Part shown: positions 1 through 7,278 of the stretch, piece by piece | How positions within the stretch are numbered: position 1 is the stretch's first letter | How the letters are laid out: the number at the start of each line of letters is the position of its first letter | Assembly (NCBI GenBank): GCA_003141525.1 | Contig: PLML01000004.1 | Coordinates: 787-64,786 of the forward strand | Direction of reading: 5' to 3' | DNA length: 64,000 nt | Source: Bacteroidales bacterium | GTDB taxonomy: Bacteria; Bacteroidota; Bacteroidia; Bacteroidales; VadinHA17 | Program-made: the position numbers and the translations under genes | The notes under the pieces: model-generated | The model's database searches: none | Seen by the model: only the letters and a program-made list of their open reading frames with translations | Told to the model about the DNA's origin: nothing

Positions 1-82
1 CCTCACGCCGCACACCACATACCATTCATATCAATCCAGAAGATTTCCCGACTTAAAAATTAGTCATAATAATCACTCCAGA

Positions 83-113
83 TTTGCATAATCCGAAATA
101 ACGAGTAAATTTG
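83..113 (+). promoter_or_regulatory. candidate Bacteroidota-type promoter (TTTG-N19-TAAATTTG)
   Basis: TTTG at 83-86 and TAAATTTG at 106-113 with a 19-nt spacer. The ATG at 140 lies 27 nt downstream. This matches the published Bacteroides -33/-7 consensus TTTG/TAnnTTTG. Confidence 0.4.
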
Positions 114-139
114 TTACTCATTAATCCAAACCAATCCTG

Positions 140-718
140 ATGATTAATGCCTTAATTACTTCTGAAACAAGGATAAAGCTCCTCAGGAAGTTTTTCCTTA
201 ATAGCAGCACCAAGGCTCACCTACGGGGCTTAGAGTCTGAATTTGGAGAGTCCTCAAATGCAATCCGGCTTGAATTGAACAGGTTTGAAGAAGCCGGGCT
301 TCTGCATTCCCTCCGTGACGGCAATAAAAAGGTTTACCAGGCTAATCGTGATCATCCCTTATTTGGCGACATTCATAGTATTATAATGAAAGAGGCCGGT
401 ATTGACCGTGTTATAGATAAGGTGATTCATCGTTTAGGTAATCTTGTTTGCATTTATCTCACCGGCGATTTTGCCCGTGGTAAAGACAGTCCTGTTATAG
501 ATCTTATACTTGTGGGAGAGAATATTGACCGTGAGTATCTCGCCAGGAAAGTTGTGCAAGCTGAAGACCTGGTTGGAAGGAAGGTTAGTTACGTTGTTCT
601 TCATCCCGATGAAGCTGAAAATCATCTTTTAAGAGTAAAACCTGCAGATCTGCTACCGCTTTGGAACAGCGAAGAAAGTAAATTGATAATCCATCATCCT
701 GTTTCTACAGGAATATGA
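140..718 (+). CDS. ArsR-like winged-helix regulator with C-terminal nucleotidyltransferase-like domain
   Basis: 192-aa ORF. The N-terminal AHLRGLESEFGESSNAIRLELNRFEEAGLL resembles a wHTH. The C-terminal YLTGDFARGKDSPVIDLILVG resembles a minimal NTase core. Confidence 0.5.
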   Translation: MINALITSETRIKLLRKFFLNSSTKAHLRGLESEFGESSNAIRLELNRFEEAGLLHSLRDGNKKVYQANRDHPLFGDIHSIIMKEAGIDRVIDKVIHRLGNLVCIYLTGDFARGKDSPVIDLILVGENIDREYLARKVVQAEDLVGRKVSYVVLHPDEAENHLLRVKPADLLPLWNSEESKLIIHHPVSTGI

Positions 719-832
719 TGTTGACGATATAAGCAGTGTGTTCAAAATATAGCTGAAGTCACTGCAACCATAGGTAAATAGAGCTTGTCAGGCACTTCTC
801 AGGATGTGACTGACGGGGCGGAAGTTTGCCAG

Positions 833-877
833 AAAGCAAAGACAAAAGACAAAAGGAAAAAGACAAAAGTAAAAGTG
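833..877. repeat. purine-rich low-complexity arm, family A (AAAGACAAAAG units), left/outer
   Basis: The sequence aaagcaaagacaaaagacaaaaggaaaaagacaaaagtaaaagtg is the reverse complement of the CTTTTGTCTT-type arms at 2740-2814. Confidence 0.7.
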
Positions 878-900
878 TTTCGCATTTTTCGTTTCACGTT

Positions 901-942
901 CAGAGAAGCGCAGAGCGCAGAGCACAGGGCTCAGAGAACAGA
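901..942. repeat. left arm B (heptamer NCAGRGC x5)
   Basis: The sequence cagagaagcgcagagcgcagagcacagggctcagagaacag is an imperfect inverted partner of 1336-1381. Confidence 0.75.
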
Positions 943-971
943 ATAAATGACTTAGAAATAAATAAGAGATA

Positions 972-1334
972 ATGATAATGGACGATTTCAGATTTGAGAA
1001 GCTTGATATCTGGAAAGAATCAATTGAGATTTCGGATGTACTATTCGATTATGCAGACAAGGCTGACGATAAAAGACATTATAAATTTGCTGAACAATTA
1101 AGATCTGCAGGGATGAGTATATCAAACAATATTGCAGAGGGATCGGGTTCTTTCTCAGATAAGGAATTTGCTAATTTTTTGAATATATCCCGTCGTTCAA
1201 TTTTTGAATGTGCAAATATTCTTTTTATTTTCGAACGAAGAGGAATTATTAATCAAATAGAGAGAACTTCTATATATCTTAAACTAATAATATTAAGTAA
1301 GAAAATTACCAATTTCCGCAAATCTTTAAAATAA
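972..1334 (+). CDS. four-helix-bundle protein (23S rRNA intervening-sequence protein family, PF05635/TIGR02436), NIAEG subtype
   Basis: 120 aa. Family hallmarks are LDIWKESIEI, SISNNIAEGSGSFSDKEFANFLNISRRSIFE. It is flanked by the B arms. Confidence 0.85.
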   Translation: MIMDDFRFEKLDIWKESIEISDVLFDYADKADDKRHYKFAEQLRSAGMSISNNIAEGSGSFSDKEFANFLNISRRSIFECANILFIFERRGIINQIERTSIYLKLIILSKKITNFRKSLK

Positions 1335-1335
1335 A

Positions 1336-1381
1336 CTGCACCCTGAGCTCTGCGCCCTGCGCCCTGAGCTTCTTGTTCCCC
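1336..1381. repeat. right arm B
   Basis: The sequence ctgcaccctgagctctgcgccctgcgccctgagcttcttgttcccc reverse-complements into heptamers that match 901-942. Confidence 0.75.
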
Positions 1382-1385
1382 AAAA

Positions 1386-1417
1386 TTTGTCAGATAGATA
1401 AAAAGTATATACCTTTG
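1386..1417 (+). promoter_or_regulatory. candidate Bacteroidota-type promoter for the RHH-MazF pair
   Basis: TTTG at 1386-1389 and TACCTTTG at 1410-1417 with a 20-nt spacer. The ATG at 1440 lies 23 nt downstream. Confidence 0.4.
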
Positions 1418-1439
1418 CGATATACTTAAATTATACACA

Positions 1440-1670
1440 ATGAAGACACTCTCTTTAAAGCTCGACGACAACATCTTCAATGAGACCGAAGTTGTATTAA
1501 CAAAAGTCAAAAAATCGAGAAATCGCTATATAAATGAAGCTGTTGACTATTATAACCGTATCAATAAGAGAACCCTGATTTCACGAAAGCTTATCAAAGA
1601 ATCAAAGCTTGTCAGGAAAGAATCGCTGACAGTTCTTTCCGAATTTGAAAATCTCAATGATGAAAATTAA
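1440..1670 (+). CDS. putative ribbon-helix-helix antitoxin
   Basis: 76 aa. MKTLSLKLDDNIF...SRNRYINEAVDYYNR fits an RHH/CopG-like pattern. It overlaps the downstream MazF-like gene. Confidence 0.55.
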   Translation: MKTLSLKLDDNIFNETEVVLTKVKKSRNRYINEAVDYYNRINKRTLISRKLIKESKLVRKESLTVLSEFENLNDEN

Positions 1671-2004
1671 ACAATTTGATATCTGGATTGCGGATCTCGT
1701 ACCACAACGAGGAACAGAAACCGGCAAAGTAAGACCTGTTTTAATTGTTCAAACCAACCTTTTAAATAACGTGCACCCATCTACTTTTATTTGTCCCATT
1801 ACAACCAATGTAGAGAAAGACAGCGATATATTAAGGGTTCATATAAGAAAGGGAATCGCAAATCTCAAGATTGAATCTGATATTATGATTGATCAAATCA
1901 GAGCTATTGATAACAGAAGATTGTTAAATAAAATTGGCGAACTGACAAAAGAGCTTCAATTAAAAGTTAAGGATAATATCAAAATAATTTTTGATCTGGA
2001 CTAG
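1645..2004 (+). CDS. mazF: PemK/MazF-family toxin (mRNA interferase)
   Basis: FDIWIADLVPQRGTETGKVRPVLIVQTN...ICPITT...IMIDQIRAIDNRRL are classic MazF/PemK motifs. The true start may be an internal Met a few codons in. Confidence 0.8.
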   Translation: MKISMMKIKQFDIWIADLVPQRGTETGKVRPVLIVQTNLLNNVHPSTFICPITTNVEKDSDILRVHIRKGIANLKIESDIMIDQIRAIDNRRLLNKIGELTKELQLKVKDNIKIIFDLD

Positions 2005-2015
2005 CTCAATTGTTA

Positions 2016-2051
2016 AGGAGAAAGTAAGTAAAAAGTAAAAAGTAAAAAGTG
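2016..2051. repeat. left arm C (AAGTAAAA units)
   Basis: The sequence aggagaaagtaagtaaaaagtaaaaagtaaaaagtg is the inverted partner of 2697-2739. Confidence 0.75.
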
Positions 2052-2205
2052 TTTATTTATTATGAAGGAGAATGATTTAAAGGAACGTTTATTCCGTTTT
2101 GCGGTTAATGTGTTAAAAATGCTCGGAACATTAAAAGGGGGAAAAGAGACAGATGTTATAAAATATCAATTATCAAAATCAGCTACTTCATCTGGCGCTA
2201 ATTAT

Positions 2206-2493
2206 TCACCCTGTCAAATTGCATCAAATTGTTAAAAGATTTTTATTGTACATATGTTTTAAGGAGTTTGACCGATTTCAAATTTTACGTTGGTTTTACA
2301 TCAGATTTGATGCAAAGATTTGAGGCGCATAACGCGGGTAAAGTACCTTCAACCAAAAATCGGAGACCTTTTGAAATTGTATACTTCGAAGGTTGTCGCT
2401 CAAAAGAAGATGCAATTAATCGAGAGAAATATCTGAAAACATTTTATGGGAAGATGTTTTTGAAAAACCGCCTCAAATCTTATTTGACTGGGT
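2206..2493 (+). mobile_element. 288-bp GIY-YIG micro-element with inverted termini CCCTGTCAAAT/ATTTGACTGGG
   Basis: The left end is tcaCCCTGTCAAAT (2209-2219) and the right end is ATTTGACTGGGt (2482-2492). It carries only the 88-codon GIY-YIG ORF and sits precisely inside a conserved host codon block. Confidence 0.75.
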
Positions 2494-2495
2494 AG
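2229..2495 (+). CDS. small GIY-YIG nuclease family protein
   Basis: YVLRSLTDFKFYVGFTSDLMQRFEAHNAG...REKYLKTFYGKMFLKNRL carries the GIY/YIG, R and E motifs of the UPF0213-like single-domain GIY-YIG proteins. The start is non-ATG (TTG) in the track. Confidence 0.85.
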   Translation: MLKDFYCTYVLRSLTDFKFYVGFTSDLMQRFEAHNAGKVPSTKNRRPFEIVYFEGCRSKEDAINREKYLKTFYGKMFLKNRLKSYLTG

Positions 2496-2696
2496 AGAAT
2501 CTCAATCTGGATCCTCAAAGGCAGATTTTGCGAATAAAGTGAGAATTTCATTGCGAGAAATGCGCGAATCAAATTATTGGTTACGAATTATAAAGGAACT
2601 TTTCCCAAAAACAGAAAATATTGTATATTTAGTTGGCGAAAGCGAAGAGCTAGGAAAAATTCTTGCTTCAATTCTAATAAAATCACGGAACTGACT

Positions 2697-2739
2697 CATT
2701 CTTTACTTTTACCTTTTTACTTTTTACTTTTTACTTTAT
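2697..2739. repeat. right arm C
   Basis: The sequence cattctttacttttacctttttactttttactttttactttatc is the reverse complement of the AAGTAAAA units. Confidence 0.75.
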
Positions 2740-2814
2740 CCCACTTTTGTCTTGTGACTTTTGTCTTTTATCTTTAACCCCACTTTTGTCTTGTGACTTT
2801 TGTCTTTTATCTTA
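2740..2814. repeat. right/outer arm A, present as a 38-bp tandem duplication
   Basis: cccacttttgtcttgtgacttttgtcttttatctt occurs twice (2740-2776 and 2778-2814). It pairs with 833-877. Confidence 0.8.
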
Positions 2815-2825
2815 AACATAATATA

Positions 2826-3608
2826 ATGAAGCACCTCACCCTCATACTATCTACTGCCTTACTTCTGGCCGCTTCCTGTACCAGCCAAAAGAAACTAGCG
2901 TATCTGAATAATCTCCCCGAGCCAAAAGGTGAAGAGTCGTTTAACATGTCTATCCCGGACTATAAAATCCAGCCGCGCGATATACTTTATATTTCAGTAA
3001 AAGCTATGGCCCCTGATGGTTCAATTAAAGATTTCTTATCATCTGGTAGTAATAACGGGATGTACTTAACACAGGGTGATGCAGGAGGGGCTTTTATGGG
3101 CTATAATGTCAGCCCGGATGGGTACATTACACTAGTGCCAATTGGACAGATAAAAGTAAGTGGTCTTACACTGGAGGAAACCAGAAAAAAACTGCAGGAA
3201 TTAACAGAAAAAGTCTTCCTAAACTCAACTGTAGAATGTAAATTGCTCAGTTTTAAATTTACGGTGATTGGAGAAGTCAAAAGTCCGGGAGCATATATCA
3301 ATTACAATAATTACCTGACTGTTATTGAAGCAATTGGACGCGCCGGAGGAGTAGGCGACTTAGGAAACAGGAACCGGATCCTGGTTGTTCGTCCGATTGA
3401 TAAGGGAACCAAAACCTATAGAATTAATCTGCAGGATAAAAATATTCTTACATCAGAAGCATATTTTCTTCTTCCAAATGACGTGGTAATAGTGGAACCG
3501 GTGAGACAGAAGATCTTTAACATGAATGTGCCGACTATTTCTTTTGTAATCTCAACCTTCACAGCAACAATTACGATGACACTTTTGCTCATTAATTATT
3601 TGAAATAA
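2826..3608 (+). CDS. wza: polysaccharide export outer-membrane lipoprotein (Wza/BexD family)
   Basis: Lipoprotein signal MKHLTLILSTALLLAASC. Poly_export/SLBB-like motifs are PDYKIQPRDILYISV, GYITLVPIGQIKVSGLTLEE and VIGEVKSPG. The track ORF start at 2793 translates the repeat arm, so I use the Met at 2826. Confidence 0.85.
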   Translation: MKHLTLILSTALLLAASCTSQKKLAYLNNLPEPKGEESFNMSIPDYKIQPRDILYISVKAMAPDGSIKDFLSSGSNNGMYLTQGDAGGAFMGYNVSPDGYITLVPIGQIKVSGLTLEETRKKLQELTEKVFLNSTVECKLLSFKFTVIGEVKSPGAYINYNNYLTVIEAIGRAGGVGDLGNRNRILVVRPIDKGTKTYRINLQDKNILTSEAYFLLPNDVVIVEPVRQKIFNMNVPTISFVISTFTATITMTLLLINYLK

Positions 3609-3612
3609 AAAA

Positions 3613-3668
3613 TTCTAAGTTCAAAGTTCAAAGTTCAAAGTTCAATGTTCCAAGTTCCATGTTTAAAG
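3613..3668. repeat. left arm D (CAAAGTT units)
   Basis: The sequence ttctaagttcaaagttcaaagttcaaagttcaatgttccaagttccatgtttaaag is the inverted partner of 4361-4400. Confidence 0.75.
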
Positions 3669-3837
3669 ACATATTTATATGAAGATAGAGAAGTTTGAAG
3701 ATCTGGAGATTTGGCAAGAAGCCAGGGAGTTATGCAAAAGAGTCTTTGAAATAACTTCCGTCAGTCCGTTTTGCAATGACTTTAAATTTAGGGATCAGAT
3801 CAGAGCTTCATCTGGATCAGTAATGGATAATATAGCC

Positions 3838-4127
3838 TGCCCTGTGAAATAGCAAGATGTATTATGTATATATACTTATAAGCGAAAAAGATAACATGTT
3901 TTATACAGGTTATACATCAGACCTTGAAAATCGAATAGAAGAGCATTTGAAAGGGAAAGTAAATTCTACTAGGCACAGATTGCCTTTAAAGCTTGTCTAC
4001 TATGAATGTTCTATTAATCAGGATGATGCGCTTCATAGAGAGAAATATCTTAAAAGTACGTATGGCAAACGATATATTAAGAACCGTTTAAAACATTTTC
4101 TAAATGAGTAAATATTTCACAGGGCAA
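3838..4127 (+). mobile_element. 290-bp GIY-YIG micro-element with perfect 13-bp inverted termini GCCCTGTGAAATA
   Basis: GCCCTGTGAAATA at 3839-3851 and TATTTCACAGGGC at 4113-4125. The only cargo is an 84-codon GIY-YIG ORF. Confidence 0.8.
3857..4111 (+). CDS. small GIY-YIG nuclease family protein
   Basis: [30 protein letters not shown]...[18 protein letters not shown] is a paralog of the 2229-2495 product. Confidence 0.85.
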   Translation: MYYVYILISEKDNMFYTGYTSDLENRIEEHLKGKVNSTRHRLPLKLVYYECSINQDDALHREKYLKSTYGKRYIKNRLKHFLNE

Positions 4128-4360
4128 GAAGGCTTCGAACGTGGTGGAAATAAAGAGTTTATCCAGTTTCTGAGTATTGCCAAGGGATCTTGTGGTGAAG
4201 TCCGTTCACAATCTTATCGATCATTTGACTATAAATATATTAACCAGGAAATTTTGGATGAACTTATTTCCAGAACAATGCAACTAAGCAAGAAAATCTC
4301 ATCACTTATAGGATATTTGAAAAATAGCGAATTTAAAGGCTCAAAATTCCATACCTCATA

Positions 4361-4400
4361 ACTTTGAACCTTGAACCTTGAACATTTAACCTTGAACCTG
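4361..4400. repeat. right arm D
   Basis: The sequence actttgaaccttgaaccttgaacatttaaccttgaacctg runs directly into the wzc start codon. Confidence 0.75.
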
Positions 4401-6838
4401 TGACCATGGATCCAAATTATCCCTCCCCCCCTCAGCCAAACCTCCCCGAGGACGACAACCTCGACATAAAAAGATATCTAACTCTGTTCATGAGCAACTG
4501 GTACTGGTTTGCAATCTCATTATTTATTGCACTGACAGTTGCCTATGGCATAAACAGGTACTCCAGTAAACTATATACTATTTCGTCAACACTCATGATA
4601 AGTGATGACCAGTATTCAGGGTCGAGCAGAATTGTAAGCAGCGCAATCCCCGGAGGAGATATTTTCAGGAGCAAGCCAAACATAACAAATGAAATATCAA
4701 TACTGAAATCTTTCAGCCTCAATAAAAGAGTAATAGACTCATTACCCGAATTCAGGGTGGCATATTATGGTGTCGGAAAAAGAAACATCGCTGAGACCCA
4801 GCTTTATAAAAACTGTCCTTTCAGGGTAACATCAGAATCTGTTGATGTTCAGCCTAAAAATGTAAGAGTAAATATCATTATAAGTTCTGCAACAACTTAT
4901 TCACTGGAAATTAATGGGAATAAGAATGTTGAAAAGGACCTTAAATTTGGCCGGCTCTTCAGTAAAGATGGTTTTAAATTCATTATTGAATTGAGAGATC
5001 CGAATAATTTTAAATTTAATCCTAAAGTATCAAATAAATACTATTTTTATTTTACATCTTCTGACGAACTGGCAAACAATTACAGGGCAAATCTGAGTGT
5101 GGCACCGATTGAAAAAGATGCCACTATTGTTAATTTATCTAAAGTAGGTCTGGATCCGCAGCAGGAAGCTGATTACCTGAATAAACTTATGGAAGTATAT
5201 AGAAATCAGGGTTTGGAATCTAAGAATCATATTGCTGACACTACAATTGCTTTTATAGATAAACAACTCGGCTTTGTTGCAGATTCTCTTAAAAAGGCCG
5301 ATAATAAACTTCAGAGATTAAGACTTGACAACAAATTGATTGACCTCGGTAAGGATGGCACTCTTTTACAAACTCGTTTAGAGAAGTTTGCGAATGAAAA
5401 AGTATCCCTTAAGCTTCAATATTATTATTTTCAATATCTGAAAGAATATCTTGACACCAAAAACGAATCGGGTGATATTGTTTCTCCGAATGTTATGGGA
5501 ATTACCGAACCGACGTTAGGAAAACTGGTTCAGGAACTTTCAGAACTCCAGAAAAAGAAGAAAGAGATGTCTATGAACCTTTCAGCGGAGGTGCCGCCGT
5601 TAAATCTATTAACTGAAAACATACACAAAATAAGAATGGCTCTTACCGAGAATATAAAGAGTAGTTTTGCCAGTATAGAACATTTAATTGACGATTCAGA
5701 AAAAAATATAGAAGAGGTGAACCAGGAGATAAATAAACTTCCGGGAACCGAAAGTAAGAGGATAGGTATTCAGAGAGACTTTGATATAAGCAATACTGTT
5801 TATACCTATCTTCTTGAGAAAAGAGCTGAAACCGGTATTGCAAAGGCTTCAAATGTCCCGGACAGCAAAATTGTTGATTATGCAAATATCATTAATACCG
5901 TCCAAATTAAACCAAAGCCAGGAGGGAACAATTTAAAGGCATTACTTTTTGGCATATTAATTCCCGCGGTCATTTTATTCTTATTATATTATTTAAATAA
6001 CAAAATTATCGACAACGGGGACATTATTAAAAAAACAAATGTACCGATAATGGGGTATGTCAGTCACAGCGAATTTAAAAAAGAGATCCCTGTTATTGAT
6101 AACCCGAAATCAGCTCTTTCAGAATCATTCCGTTCAATCAGAACATCTTTACGATATTTTACAAAACAATCCAGCCATTCTGTTATTGCCATTACATCCA
6201 CTATAAGCTCGGAGGGGAAAACTTTTATATCAATTAATCTTGCAGCAATAACGGCACTGCTTGGTAAAAAAGTATTATTAATCGGTCTCGATCTTCGGAG
6301 ACCAAGGATACACAAAATCCTGGGGATTGACAATAGCGAGGGTCTCAGCACCTATTTAATAGGTAATTGTGAATATAAAGAAGTTATAAAGGAAACATCA
6401 TTAAAGAATCTGTATTATGCTACTTCCGGACCAGTACCCCCAAATCCGGCTGAACTGCTAGAGGAGGAAAGGATGGATGCATTTATTGTGAAAGCGAAAA
6501 AGGAGTTTGATTATATATTTATAGATACCCCACCGATTGCGATAGTTTCAGATACTTTATTAATTGCCAGGTTTGTAGATGTTAATCTTTTTATTGTGAG
6601 GCAGAGGTATACCTCAAAAAATACATTGGAATTAATTGAGGAATTATACAAGGATGAAAAACTTAAACACATGGGGATTATTATTAATGATATAAGCCTT
6701 ACAGGTTATTATGGGTATGGGATAAGATACGGCTATTATAAGGGTTATGGATATTCATACGGTAAAAACTACTATGGGCAGTATTCTTACAGCCGGTACG
6801 GATATTCAGATAAAGAACATGGATATTATAATACTTAA
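4400..6838 (+). CDS. wzc: chain-length determinant / tyrosine autokinase (Wzc/GumC family)
   Basis: 812 aa with a Wzz-like periplasmic coiled-coil region and two TM segments. Walker A is SEGKTFISINLA, followed by DLRRP and IDTPP. The C-terminal tail is Tyr-rich (YYGYGIRYGYYKGYGYSYGKNYYGQYSYSRYGY). The start is GTG 4400 or ATG 4406. Confidence 0.9.
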   Translation: MTMDPNYPSPPQPNLPEDDNLDIKRYLTLFMSNWYWFAISLFIALTVAYGINRYSSKLYTISSTLMISDDQYSGSSRIVSSAIPGGDIFRSKPNITNEISILKSFSLNKRVIDSLPEFRVAYYGVGKRNIAETQLYKNCPFRVTSESVDVQPKNVRVNIIISSATTYSLEINGNKNVEKDLKFGRLFSKDGFKFIIELRDPNNFKFNPKVSNKYYFYFTSSDELANNYRANLSVAPIEKDATIVNLSKVGLDPQQEADYLNKLMEVYRNQGLESKNHIADTTIAFIDKQLGFVADSLKKADNKLQRLRLDNKLIDLGKDGTLLQTRLEKFANEKVSLKLQYYYFQYLKEYLDTKNESGDIVSPNVMGITEPTLGKLVQELSELQKKKKEMSMNLSAEVPPLNLLTENIHKIRMALTENIKSSFASIEHLIDDSEKNIEEVNQEINKLPGTESKRIGIQRDFDISNTVYTYLLEKRAETGIAKASNVPDSKIVDYANIINTVQIKPKPGGNNLKALLFGILIPAVILFLLYYLNNKIIDNGDIIKKTNVPIMGYVSHSEFKKEIPVIDNPKSALSESFRSIRTSLRYFTKQSSHSVIAITSTISSEGKTFISINLAAITALLGKKVLLIGLDLRRPRIHKILGIDNSEGLSTYLIGNCEYKEVIKETSLKNLYYATSGPVPPNPAELLEEERMDAFIVKAKKEFDYIFIDTPPIAIVSDTLLIARFVDVNLFIVRQRYTSKNTLELIEELYKDEKLKHMGIIINDISLTGYYGYGIRYGYYKGYGYSYGKNYYGQYSYSRYGYSDKEHGYYNT

Positions 6839-6883
6839 GGTTAAGGCCAAGTAAGGTTAAGGTTAAGGCTAAGGTTGAGAAGA
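6836..6883. repeat. left arm E (AAGGTTAAGG/GTTGAG units)
   Basis: The sequence taaggttaaggccaagtaaggttaaggttaaggctaaggttgagaag begins on the wzc stop codon. Confidence 0.8.
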
Positions 6884-6897
6884 AGAATAAATAAAAC

Positions 6898-7254
6898 ATG
6901 ATTTACATAAGTTTTACTGAAATGCCAGTTTGGCAGAAAGCACATAAGCTTGCAATTGAAGTATTTAATCTAACAATTAATCTTCCAAGGTCTGAAGATT
7001 ACGGATTGACATCCCAGATTCGTAAATCATCAAATGGAGTAGCTGCCTGTATCGCTGAAGGATTTGGAAGAAGTACTAAAAAAGACAAATCAAATTTTTA
7101 TATAATTGCACGGGGTTCCTCATTCGAAACCCAGAACCATTTATTATATAGCAACAAAGTTGGTTATTTTGAAACTCAAATTACTCAACGTCTTTTTGAT
7201 GAGTATAATGAGCTCATTTACGAGTTGAATAAACTTATTAAATCCCTGGAATAA
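6898..7254 (+). CDS. four-helix-bundle protein (23S rRNA IVS protein family), NIAEG-like subtype
   Basis: 118 aa with MPVWQKAHKLAIEVF, SSNGVAACIAEGFGRSTKKDKSNFYIIARGSSFETQ. Confidence 0.85.
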   Translation: MIYISFTEMPVWQKAHKLAIEVFNLTINLPRSEDYGLTSQIRKSSNGVAACIAEGFGRSTKKDKSNFYIIARGSSFETQNHLLYSNKVGYFETQITQRLFDEYNELIYELNKLIKSLE

Positions 7255-7278
7255 GACAGGAACTAAGGTTTATGGATT

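Larger units (their letters stand above)
2062..2694 (+). pseudogene. four-helix-bundle gene (GANY-RE subtype) split by a GIY-YIG element
   Basis: The 5' half (2062-2205) reads MKENDLKERLFRFAVNVL...SKSATSSGANY. The 3' half (2494-2694) reads RESQSGSSKADFANKVRISLREMRESNYWLRII... Both halves are in the same frame, and removing 2206-2493 (288 nt) restores the family motif GANYRE..SKADF. Confidence 0.85.
3679..4361 (+). pseudogene. four-helix-bundle gene (NIAEG subtype) split by a second GIY-YIG element
   Basis: The 5' half reads MKIEKFEDLEIWQEARELCK...SSGSVMDNIA (to 3837). The 3' half reads [28 protein letters not shown]... (from 4128). Removing 3838-4127 (290 nt) joins them in frame and restores NIAEG. 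Confidence 0.85.

Noticed and set aside
2577-2825. Track ORF 2577-2777 and the 5' extension of ORF 2793 (likewise 13969-14052 ahead of wzt)
   Set aside because: These are translations of the pyrimidine-rich repeat arms (LVTFVFYL repeated), or an alternative frame of the four-helix 3' half. The downstream Met gives a proper lipoprotein signal for wza and a proper ABC N-terminus for wzt.
6700-6835. Tyr/Gly-rich repetitive region at the end of wzc
   Set aside because: This is the expected tyrosine-rich autophosphorylation tail of Wzc-type kinases, not a separate repeat element.
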